A DNA stretch of 64,000 nt from Takakia lepidozioides (taxonomy: Eukaryota; Plantae; Bryophyta). The position numbers were made by a program, and so were the translations under genes. The stretch is taken from contig CM060732.1 in assembly GCA_030704615.1 (NCBI GenBank), positions 64,790,001 through 64,854,000 on the forward strand. The letters are read 5' to 3'. A model generated the notes under the pieces. It had not been told where the DNA came from. It saw only the letters and a program-made list of their open reading frames with translations, and made no database searches. Shown here in pieces: positions 39,277 to 50,238 of the stretch (its first letter is position 1; the number at the start of each line of letters is the position of its first letter).

Positions 39277-39578
39277 AAGCAGGTGTGGCGTATTCTGCCG
39301 TTTCATCGACTAATTTTCAGGCCGAATCGGCCACCCAGGGGGTACTGCCGATTCGGTAGCCAGAATCGGCAGGGATGGCCGATTATGCACCGAGGACGAC
39401 AAAGCAACCACCCAGGCCCGTGTTATCAGCCATCAGCCATCAACCCGCCCGCCTTCCCTTTGAGACTCGCCCCGTTTTATATCCTCTCCGGGGCTCTGAA
39501 TCTGGGCAATCGATATGGGATAATTGAACCCCGATCATATTGCACCAAGTGACAGCGAGAATACGCCACAACTTGCTT
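39277..39578. mobile_element. TTAA-flanked MITE with AA...TT termini (Kolobok-like or PIF/Harbinger-like)
   Basis: TTAA|AAGCAGGTGTGGCGTATTCT...AGAATACGCCACAACTTGCTT|TTAA. Confidence 0.7.
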
Positions 39579-40035
39579 TTAACGCCAGTGAACGGGCCGT
39601 GTTGGGCCGACGCTGCCCTGTGCGCGGCCATAGGGCTCGCCCAAAGGCCGCTTACAGGGCATTTAGCGTATGTATAGATTCCAGTTCTTGAGAGAAACCT
39701 TGTGTCCATCCAAGTTGCGATGTCAGTTTCACTGCGAAGGTTTTAGCAACATAATCTGTTACCTTGGTCATTGGTGTGTTGATTGTCAGTTTTATGGTAC
39801 ATAATTGCGTTAATGTTGTACTTCATTTGCAAATTCAATACACTTGGCATGTGCCTACTAGATATGGGCCAGACTATATGGTGACGACGTAGGTGTGATG
39901 GACTCAAGACTGAAATATGGAGACAGAATCAATTGGCACTGTGCAGTGTGAAATTACACTAGTGAGATGGGAAGGCCATAACAACTACTGCATGTGAGCT
40001 TTCAGAGCCCCCCATCGTGAGGAGCTTGGCTATAG

Positions 40036-40660
40036 TGTAGAGTGCTAGACAAGCAGAAAGGTTTGGAGACGATGCATGTCTTCCATTGATACAGCAACGC
40101 AATATATAAGATGCAGTCTTGCTCTAACCGCACAAAAGAGCGGTGTAGATATTAACGTCTATCTCTCATAAATTTTTGCCTACAGAAGCTCGGGTCCATG
40201 AGCCTTCACCAAAACTATAGCTGCAACTATAATGAGCCCACTGCTCACTCCTGAATTCATGCCTACGATAGAGGTTTCAAAGTGATACTCAGCTTGACAT
40301 TTTACACTCCCACTCAAGTGTCAAGCGTGAGGTGTTGCAGACCCAGCCATTCCAGGCATCGCCAATGTATTGGTCTAGACAGGGGCTTTGTAAGAATATC
40401 TGCACCCAACTTTTCAGAAGGGCAATATTCAAATCTGACTTCCTGAGCAGCCACCATCTCGTGCACATAATGGTGTTGAATGTCTATGTGCTTGGTTCTT
40501 TTGTGATGCACCGGGTTCTTAATAAGAGCAAGGCTTCCTTGACTCTCAGTGGAGATAACAGTTCCTCCCTTTTGCTCAAAACCCAATTCACATAAAAATC
40601 TCCGCAACCACATTGCTTGCAGCCATGTACTCCGCCTCTGTTGTTGACAGAGCCACAATG
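40036..40660 (-). mobile_element. Ty1/Copia 3' end: RNase H, PPT and 3' LTR
   Basis: WLRRFLCELG...KNPVHHKRTKHIDIQHHYV...ADILTKPL; PPT ttgagtgggag followed by TGTAAAA at 40306. The far LTR end is approximate. Confidence 0.85.
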
Positions 40661-40689
40661 GGCTGCTTCCCGCTTGGCCAAGTGATTGC

Positions 40690-41176
40690 AGCATTGTTGA
40701 GAAGGAATGTGAATCCAGTGGTGACCTCCTAGTGTCCAAATCGTCTCCCAATATCAAGAGTCTCATTCGCGAAAAGCTTGTGCGCAAGCATGTACGCTTC
40801 AAGAAGATGAGGGGGTTTGTTGACTTCCGATCTTAGTAGCGGCTGTTTCGTTGAGTGGGAGTGTTATAATTAGGATGGATGAACTTTTGGTTCAACTCAT
40901 CATCCGTTAGACATTCTAGATACCTAGAATAGATGCGGCTTAGAATAGCTATTAGAGTCTTGAGGGAATAGACATCTCTCGGTATGAGACATATCTTGGA
41001 GGGAGACATCTCTCGGTAGGAGACATCTAGTAGATATATATATTGACCTCAGGGGAGAGGCAATCAATCTTTGCACAGACCTTGGTTGGGATGAGAGCTC
41101 CTATGTAATAGAGTCATATTGTTTCATCCCTGCATCTCTCAGAAGTATGTGTGTGTTTTCTTGACACTCTTCTAAC
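40690..41176 (+). mobile_element. Second Copia-like 3' end (PPT plus LTR 40862-~41176), back-to-back with the previous one
   Basis: Same PPT ttgagtgggag followed by TGTTATAA; ends ...ttctaac at the edge of the duplicated segment. Confidence 0.65.
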
Positions 41177-41256
41177 GATAAACATACGTACTTTATAGTT
41201 AGCCCTGCATGCAGGCAGCTTTGGTCTAGATAGTGATCTGGCGTGAAAACCATTCC

Positions 41257-41647
41257 ACAGGTGTGATAAACATCAACGTTCATTGTAGGATTAGTTAAGC
41301 CATAAATGTGGCCTCCCACAAGGCCATTCTGTTGACACTGTTCGATGATGGCAGCTAAATAGTTCCCGCTTGTTGGCATGGGACACATTGCCCGCAGTCA
41401 CCACATATGTCAGTGGCCGTTGTTCCAGAAGAGCACATATTGGTGCAGGTACCAACGCAATTATCTTGACAGCAGTCAGTGTTACCTTTAGCGATCAGAC
41501 AATTCACGCAACTGTTCGCATCTGCGGCACTAGGCCTCTACTGACTTGACATATTACGTCCACATTTATTCGTCCGCTTACAAGTAAGAGGATCGTGAGG
41601 AATGCAAAGAGCAGTTGCAGCCCTGAGAGCATGCTACGGGATGCCAT
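41257..41647 (-). pseudogene. Disabled copy of the secreted Cys-rich protein at 58063-58458
   Basis: Relative to copy B: 4-bp deletion near 41533, 1-bp deletion near 41367, and stop TGA changed to TGT. Confidence 0.9.
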
Positions 41648-42070
41648 GCTGAAGGAGGACGTTGGATGTGGTTGCTGGAGTTGTTGGGGTATGGCGACAA
41701 CTGGGTCGAAAAACTGCACAACGCATTTGATTTTGTGTCAGGGATACATGTCAAAAACCAATAGAGAGACAACTTTAGCGGGGATTGAGTTGGTCACATG
41801 GCCACATTGAGCAACATTGAACTCGTGAAGTATACACTATCAAAGAAAATCTCAGAATCGTCATGCAATTTTTGCGTCGGCATTAAAGGTCTTTCAACTC
41901 CTGTCAGTGTTGTAACACTTTTCAATCACAAGTAAGAACTAAGTGATACTGTAGATTAAATGGTCATGAGGCTATATCCAGCTGCCAGTTGACTACATTT
42001 CTAGATAAGCTATGGCGTTTTAGATAACTCGATCACCATGCATAGATTGATCAAGACGTCATGAGCTCAA

Positions 42071-42692
42071 CACTACAGGAAAAAAAAAAAAGGGGGGGGG
42101 GGGGAGTTTCGACACCGCCACCACGTCGCGGCGTCGCAAAACAACCGGAGGGGCCAATTTTTCGACACCCGAGCGTCGCAGGCCTGTCGCAAAGGCCTGC
42201 GACAGTCGTATGAACGACTACGGGAGGTCAATTTCATATAAAACCATGGTACAGTCATGGTCAAAGTCATGAAAACCATGACTACCACGGTTTGGCAGTC
42301 ATAACTACCGCGATCTGTTGTAGTGGTAGGGCGCCCCCAGCAACGCTTTTGTGACGTTGAGGGCCGCAAAGCCCACAAAAAAAATAAAAAATAAACCCCC
42401 ATTATGGCGATGTTATTGCGACGTCCCAGCATCCCAGAGGCGCTGGGGCGCCCTCAGTGACGCTTTTGCGATGCTAGGGCGTTGCAACGCCATTTTTTAT
42501 TTATTTTTTGAATCCGCCGCAGCGGGGGCCCGCTTTCCTCTTCATGCCACCTTACGATGGCGGGACGTCGCAACGTCGCAAAAAGGCGCCGCGGGGTTGG
42601 CGTCGCAGGCTCATCGCCGCCCGGGGCGTGGGGACGCGGCTGGCGTGGAAACCCCCCCCCCCCCCCCCCCTCTCCCTCCATTTGTTGTAATG
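42071..42692. mobile_element. GC-rich CACTA MITE with CAA target-site duplication
   Basis: caa|CACTAC...GTAATG|caa; empty site gagctcaacaacaatgac in copy B at ~58871; subterminal poly-G and poly-C tracts. Confidence 0.88.
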
Positions 42693-43387
42693 CAACAACA
42701 ACGACTAAGCTTGAATCCTTGATGTTTTTGCAGGTTGAGGAATCCTCTAATAACATTCAAGGTTTCAATTGCGGCTGGCAGCTCACCCATGTTGATCACT
42801 GCACTTGCACGTGGGTTGGAGCTGGAGGACCTCTAGATAGAAGCACGCTCACAGATTTGTAGTGCGAGTGAACCAGAGACGGGGTCGCCTTGTCGGTGTG
42901 GAAGATCACGGTGGTTCCTCCAATTTATATATTCAGCATGCTGGATGGATATGCTCCCGCAAATGCGTGCCCTCCAAGATGTGTTGACTGTCCGTACGAA
43001 GACCGTTCCTGATCACGTGGATAAGGAAACGCAGACAAATCACCGCAGTAACGCCAGTGAGTAGACTTTGTAGCCCATGACTTTTAAAACCAGATGTACA
43101 TCAACGGGGGATGACGGATGAGGGGCGTCCCATAGTTTCATCTGGACCCGTCTCCATCCTGTCATGGGACCTCCCACAATGCTCTCTCTCTGCCATGACT
43201 TGATTTCAGACTGGGGAAGCCTACCGGAGTTGTTGATGAGTGCGGTGGAGTTGATGGTTGTATTGACTATGTTGCGGAGCCACATAATAATGGAGGGCCA
43301 CTTTAGACTACTTTCCAAGACCAAGACCAACTCAAAATGCAATAATCCTATTGGTTGAGGCCATTTTCTTGGTCATATTGGCTTTAA

Positions 43388-44124
43388 TCCCTAAACGATG
43401 AAGCAACCCGAATTGGGTCGCTTCACTCGGGCACCAGGGTCCACCTCACGTGGATGTGAGTGGATGGAGGTGAAGCACACGTGGGAACTTAAAGCTCCCT
43501 GCAATATTAAAAGCTCTGCTCCTTAGAATTTTTCAAAGTGCAAATTCAGTGTTGACTTGCCTACGTGGCAGGCCAAATGAGGAATCTTGAAAACAACATC
43601 TAGGGCACAGGTTTTATCAAAATGCCAAATTTTTTTGACAAGGCACTATGTAATGTTAATGTGCACTTACGTACCAAAGGACTTAGAAAACAAATATCAC
43701 ATCATGGTTCTACTTGGGTAAGAAGCCAAACCATGATAATTTACCCCCAAGATTTCATATACAAAGCACTCCCCCTAATTTTTAGTAGATGCACCTGAAA
43801 TTTGGTGTGAGGGATGCAGCACTACACTAGAATATTACACTTTTTCTCCTAGCAAAATTTTGCAACATTGATTTTTTGCTTGGTCAAACATGAAATTTTG
43901 GTTTGTTTTTTTTCATTTTCCAAAAAATGCACCATTTTCAATTGTTATAATCTCCCAAACAAAATGGTGGAATCTCCCCAAATTTGGGATACTTGTGTAT
44001 CTGGTAGGTAGGTATGACTTTGTATGGTTCATCCACGTGGATGAACAGGGAGCTACAAGCTGACATGTGAGGGTGGGTCCCGATTTTGTCCCAAAATCCA
44101 AAAACAGGTCTCGTCGCTTAGGGG
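43388..44124. mobile_element. piggyBac-like non-autonomous element 2
   Basis: TTAA|TCCCTAAACGATGA...TCGTCGCTTAGGGG|TTAA; empty site ggtcatattggctttaaagctag in copy B at ~61091-61113. Confidence 0.85.
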
Positions 44125-45149
44125 TTAAGCTAGGGCTCAGAATTTTGTGTGGCCTCGTCGTAATGAGGCTGGTCAGGTGATGGGGGCCACCATCTCATTA
44201 AACATAGGAGCAAACTACCTTCATGCGCTGAGGACTTAGAATTTTTTTGGCATATGAAATTTACAACTACCTCCATGCAGGTAGTTGTAGGTATTTCTAC
44301 ATGAAGGTAGTTGCAAAAATATGACTCTCTGTTCATATTACTGGTACTCCCGTTGACAGAAGCATGCAATAAGTCACAACCATTTCTATGATGCAATAAG
44401 GACGGAATGCACTAGACTCACTATTATGAAGCAAGTGGATATTCTCATGAGCTTCATTTGCTTTGATTTGTGGGAAGTACTCTGCTGTTTTTTTGTACAT
44501 GTCAGTCTGAAATTATACAACTCACTATCTAGGAGAAACAAAATATTCTATTAGTCAATGTATTAGAATCTTGCAGTGATATGGGTTTGGTCCAATAGTG
44601 CGTAGTAGCCAGATGCGCATATTAAGGTGCCACCTCACATGCGTAGTGATTGGGCCTAGTACCCTAACAACTATTGCAATAGAGCTCTCGCATGAGTTTC
44701 TCTATGTATGCACAGTCTATTAGCTCACCAGGCTAGCATTGTATGTGGTGTACACAATTGGTGTTGCTACTTGGGCAAGGGGACCCAGAAGAAATATTCA
44801 ATTAAGGCTGACAATTTCTGTATTATAAGCGATGGCCGCGCCCACTCCTAAAAGGGACAGTAGCCGTAAGGGGAAGAGTACTCTGGCTCCTGTCGGCGTA
44901 ATTTTTCCCTATAAGCGATGGACATATGTACTAGCATAGTGGAACACACAATAACGTGTGGCCTCTGAGATAAATTGGATGGTTTAGTAGTCTACTTTTA
45001 CTTTTATTTGTACTGTTACTTTTATCTTTTTATGAATAACAAAACTCAAAGAATTATAGTTACTAAAGTGAAAGTTGCAAAAAATTAATAACTTGTTACT
45101 ATGATATACTAATAAATAAGTCAACGTTTTGTATAGATCGCAGAATCAA

Positions 45150-45550
45150 GCTTGTTCAATCGATAAGTACTGATGGCGTTATCGTTGCAAAATGATTACT
45201 AGTTTGTTTTGAGCCACATGATGTTGCAGTTCATATAAAAGAAGTGTTGGTACCAGAGACCAAAATTCACGAAGGGTTTTTGGATACAATGGAAGAGTGC
45301 ATCAATTCCGTCATATGGTGTGCACTGGTCTCTCCATCCTTTTGGTCGGGGACGCGCTCCTGGTCTTAATTGGCTGGGACGCGGAGTCGACAATGTTACT
45401 TTGAAAAAATTAGAGTGCTCAAAGCAAGCCTATGCTCTGAATACATTAGCATGGAATAACGTTATAGGACTGTGGTCCTGTTGTGTTGGTCTTCGGGACC
45501 GGAGTAATGATTAATAGGGACAGTTGGGGGCATTCGTATTTCATTGTCAG

Positions 45551-45582
<32 letters not shown>

Positions 45583-46435
45583 TTCTGTCCGATGGCCGAA
45601 AACACAGATACTTGGAGAGATTGAAGACGCGACTGAAAATTGTGATGTTGAGGTACGCAACAAAGTTGTTGCTGAGACAGATATTGATGATATTATTATC
45701 CTTAATAATGTCAATCGCATACACTCTCACAAACGACGCTATAAACATCAAACTGTCAGTTCATCAATGAGATCAACAAATGAAGAGACTAATGTCGATG
45801 ATTTCATATTACCTGGAGACGTTACAATTCCTCGCATATACCGCAAAACAGTGCAAAATACCACAACGCCAAGCATGGACGTATTTGATTGGAACTCCGA
45901 TGATGAGAAGCCTACATTTGTGAGAGGTCATATAGACGAAAATGAAGGTTGAAGAAGTGCTCGAAGTGGACAAGGAAGCAAGCGGTGACAATTTGACTAC
46001 TAATGTTGGATATCCGAAGAATTTGATCCACGGAAAGACATCGAAGTAGGACATTTTTGTGAGTGTGCATATTGAGGACGAAATGGTGTTCCATTTTGGG
46101 TGGGCAAAGTGTTGAACATAACACAACAAACGCATGATGATGGCAAAATCCATATTATGTAGTACTGGCCGAAAACACCCGAGAATATCCAAAAAATGCA
46201 ATTGTAGTGTCACTACAATACAACAACTACAGAATTTTGGTACCAAGTGATGATGGTGAAGACGACATTCCAGTGGACTCTGTATTTATTTCGTGGACAA
46301 ACAAAACCAAAATATGGCACAACAAAAAAAACAGAGACAAAAATTGTTATTCCAAAAATATTATGTGAACATTTCAAAAATCATATGTTGCTTACGGATA
46401 ATGATTTTGCCGACGAACGTCAAGTTCCAATTTAG
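45150..46435 (+). mobile_element. Degenerate DNA-transposon (CACTA/En-Spm-associated-like) ORF relic
   Basis: DVAVHIKEVLVPETKI...TMEECINS/VRWP resembles the Tnp1/En/Spm-type motif; PFWVGKVL...YWP downstream; stops and frameshifts; AT-rich flanks. Confidence 0.5.
45308..45587 (+). rRNA. Dispersed 18S rRNA fragment (V4 region), non-functional
   Basis: tgttactttgaaaaaattagagtgctcaaagcaagcc...gggggcattcgtatttcattgtcagaggtgaaattcttggatttatgaaagacgaacttctg is canonical green-plant 18S; only ~280 bp present. Confidence 0.95.
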
Positions 46436-47924
46436 GATCAAAATTCATAGTTTTCGTTTGAAACTATGTAGACATTGTACCCGTTCATAATGTTTTGAAT
46501 AAAAACATTAGATTTTAAATGATATCAAATTTTCTCTCCCAAATTGTTTGTATATTTGTATTTCTGGTTTGACAAAACATGAATTAATGAAATTGAATAG
46601 GCGCCATTTGTTTATTTTATCCCAATACTATTTATTATAATTATTTTAAATAATTGTATATGAATATATATATGACATATGTATACACATGAAATCATTA
46701 CAATGATAAAATTTCATGACATCATCATGTATATATTGCATCGTATATATTATTTTGATTGAATTCATTTCATATGTATATCTTTTTTATGGTATAGAGA
46801 TTAGATTTCATACAAAAAAATATTTGTAGTTGTACCTATATTTCTGTTCATAGACCATCATGTCCACTATTAACAACCATAGTGTTTTCACAATGCACAT
46901 GGGGAATTCAATTATACTATTATACTACAATCCAACTCTGATCTTGTTGTTTTCAAAATGTGATTACTCAGTACCATTTTTATGTGTTCCTCTTGCCAGG
47001 CACCCATCCTCGTGTTCTCCTCGCTCTCAAGTAGTCACATCAAGCTCTGCAGGTAGGTCATCTCTGGACATAGAGAACCAAGCTTTAATAGAAAGACTCT
47101 CGTCTTCTCCAGCTTGACCATGTACACAATCAGATATGATGGCCCAACATTGGCAAGATCGAAACATATGGTCCCAAAGCTCATCTGGACCTTCTTCGAC
47201 AGGTGTTGCCAGAATGTACTGCTTCACAGCTCTCGTCTTAAGTTCACTTCCTGTTCATCTCCTCTAACTCCTTCCGCGCATCTTATCTGCAATTTTTGTC
47301 GTCCAATCTAACGTACTTCTCTTTGCACGGTGCTCTTCATCTCTTCCTCCAATGCTGCCATACTACCCCAGGCTCCACAAACCATCGCATCTACTTTCTC
47401 ACATTTTTGCTCGCTGAAACATGCCGCGGCATAGCAACGGCATTCCTTCACCATCGTGTAGACTCGTAGAGGTAGAAAGTGCAGAGAACTTACGGAGCAG
47501 TCCAGAATCTAATCAGCATCTATGCGAACAGTGAATACCGACGGAATCATGAATGACTCGCTCAGTCTGACATTAACATAATTACACCTTTTGACTCGTG
47601 GTGATCCGATGTGGACGCACCTGCGAAATGAGAGCACGGGGGGGTAGTACGCGCTACGGTGAAGTCAATGCTACATACGAGCAAATGCTGATGCGACGAG
47701 TAGATGCTACGGTGGTGGGGTGGTCGAGCGATCGAACGACAATACAGGCGATGGCAGCGGCTCCGCTGACTTGACGCGCTCGCTCTCTCACTCGCTCTCA
47801 TCCCTCGACATGGCACTCGCACTGCACAACAATGGAGGTGGTGGGTGATTTGTAAGTGAAGAGCATCGCAGTGGCAGCACCCCACCACGCAGGCTGTGAA
47901 AGAGGCCTCTGGTGGGACGGCGCC

Positions 47925-50238
47925 ATGGGTCAGGAGGCATCACGCATGTTCTGGGGGAAGGATGCCCCCCCGGAAGTGGTGGTGGCGGATGAGCACGAAC
48001 AAGGTGTGCAAGACGATGACGAGCAGAATCTCGACCTGCCTGGACTTGTGAGCTCTATTTCTTTCTTTACTCTTAGGTGCCCGGATTCCTTCTTGCTGAG
48101 GAGAGATGAGCTGAAAAGAGGTTCTGGATGATACTTACCTGTAAGTTACAAGTTTTTCTGTCTGGATTTGACTGGTGTTAGTGTTTCGGAGGAATCTGTA
48201 AAGAGAGGCTGCGCTGGGAGCTCTGCATGGATGCAATTGCAAGATTGTAGCACTTACTGATTTGTGCGAGACACGTCGACCTTACTCAGGGACGTTATTG
48301 AAGTTCGCAAGGATGGCTAGAAGTAAGCTGATTGCACTTGATGCTTTAGTTCCTTGAGGCTTGAACAACTGCCTCTTGTCGAATTACTGGCTACTTATCT
48401 GACATGCAAGCGCTGTGCGATGTATATGTGGGTGTGCATACATTTACAGATAACCCCTGTGCGTCAGCTCTGGCCACCCAAGGATATGAACGACTTACCT
48501 GAACCAGCCTTGGTTGTGATTCTGTTCCATGGACTGCAAATTTTTAATGGCGGTAAAGCTTGGAGAAAGACATGGCTGCAGCGCGGGACCGATGTATGCT
48601 GGCCAGCAAAGTGGCTGCCGGAAGATTTGGGTGAAAAATCCGTGCGTGTCTTATCTCTTTCGTATGATGCTAATGCGTTTGGAAACACTGGAGACGTGAG
48701 GCATATTGGCCACAATCTCACACAGAGCTTGGTGAGCAGGTATCTGTCGCCTACTTCATATCTAAGGACCATCTTCTTAAGTAGTATTTCACTGAGCCAT
48801 CCAATAAACTCTCACGTCCTTATCTTCGCCTTATGACGAACAAAATACTGTAAGCTGGAATGAGTCCCTGATATGAGCGGACTGATGGGTGTGATGACTC
48901 CACTTAGCACATCCGTATGCATATTGTCTGTATTTGTGTAAGAGTCTTCAGGTGTGAGCTCGGTGACTTTTGATCAATGTGTGCAGCCCAAGCTGGGGTT
49001 TTGGCAAAAAAACCACAATTGTGCTGATTGGTCATAGCTTTGGAGGACTTGTAATTAAAAGCTTGGTGATTGAGGCAGCAAAGATCGCTTATCAACCATT
49101 TCCAGAGAACAAATCGATTTCTGAGCAAGCGAGCATCACACAATGTAAAACCTTTCTGGAAAACCTGCAAGGTGTGGTGTTTTACAGTGTACCACATAGT
49201 GGCTCCGAACTTGCAACCTATGCACGTATGTCCAAGAAATTTGTGGTCGTTGGGAAACCATTGGCTGGTATCTTGAGCAACCTTGTGCCGTTCCAGCGAG
49301 ATATGGCGACGCTCTCTGTGGAATTCACAACTTGTGTTCCTAGCACCATTAACATTTATGCGTTTGGAGAAGGAAAGCTCACAAAGGGGGTAAGTCTTAC
49401 ATTTGCAGAGTGACAGTCTACAGATGAAATTGTACTGAGGGAATCAATAGGTCATGTCATAGTTCAGTCTTAACATAGTAAAACCAGACTTGAAATGTAC
49501 ATGAGAAACTTAGCCATGGGTCCAACTTTGAATCCTCTTCTTGCTCTTGCCAAGGTATACTCTAGTTCACCTAGCATGCTATGCTCTCAGTCTTGCTTAG
49601 GCCTGTGACTCCTGCCTCCCAGAGACTCACATTAAGTACTCCCCGAGTACTGAACCCCCTTGGCTCTGAGAATACCCCTTTGCGTTCACTGCTTGCTCTC
49701 CAAAGGCCTACCCTTGGTCATTGCCATTTTGAGTGCTCACCTTGTCATTAGTCTCAAGATTCAGCTTTTATCCCATACAATTTCCTGCCTTGCTTAGTCC
49801 CTAACCAAGTCTTGCTAAACTACTCCTTGACAGGTCAGTGATTTCCTTTTACCCCCCAGTTCAGAAGAGATTTACTTGGCTAAACAACACTGGTGAAGCA
49901 TGTTGTGTGAAACTCCTAAGCGCAGGATCCATGGAAAAAGATAGTTCTTGGATATCTGAAAAGTTTTGCATCTAGTCTGGGCTGATGCTTGTGCAATGCC
50001 ATGTAAACAGTTTATGGTTGTGGAAGACGCCTCAGCTATGCAGCTGGCAAGAGGTAACTACTACAAGGTTGAAGATGCAGATCACCTTGACGTTTGCAAG
50101 CCGGCTAGCAAGAGGCATCCAAGCTATGCTCAACTATTGGATCGTCTGAAAGTTATATTGGAAGCTAGGGGTTATAATATCCCCAAAAGACATACTCAAA
50201 CTGCCAGCTCTTCCATAGCATATAATGAACTGTGCTAG
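47925..50238 (+). CDS. Stand-alone alpha/beta-hydrolase (SERAC1/DUF676-like; hydrolase-NLR N-terminal type), ~347 aa; exons 47925-48047, 48450-48739, 48987-49389, 50011-50238
   Basis: VILFHGL, WP..WLPEDL, RVLSLSYD, nucleophile elbow GHSFGG, FYSVPHSGS and DHLDVCKP. Intron phases 0/2/0 give one open frame. The N-terminus is MGQEAS. Confidence 0.88.

Noticed and set aside
45308-45587. Functional rDNA unit
   Set aside because: Only an internal ~280-bp piece with no flanking rDNA.
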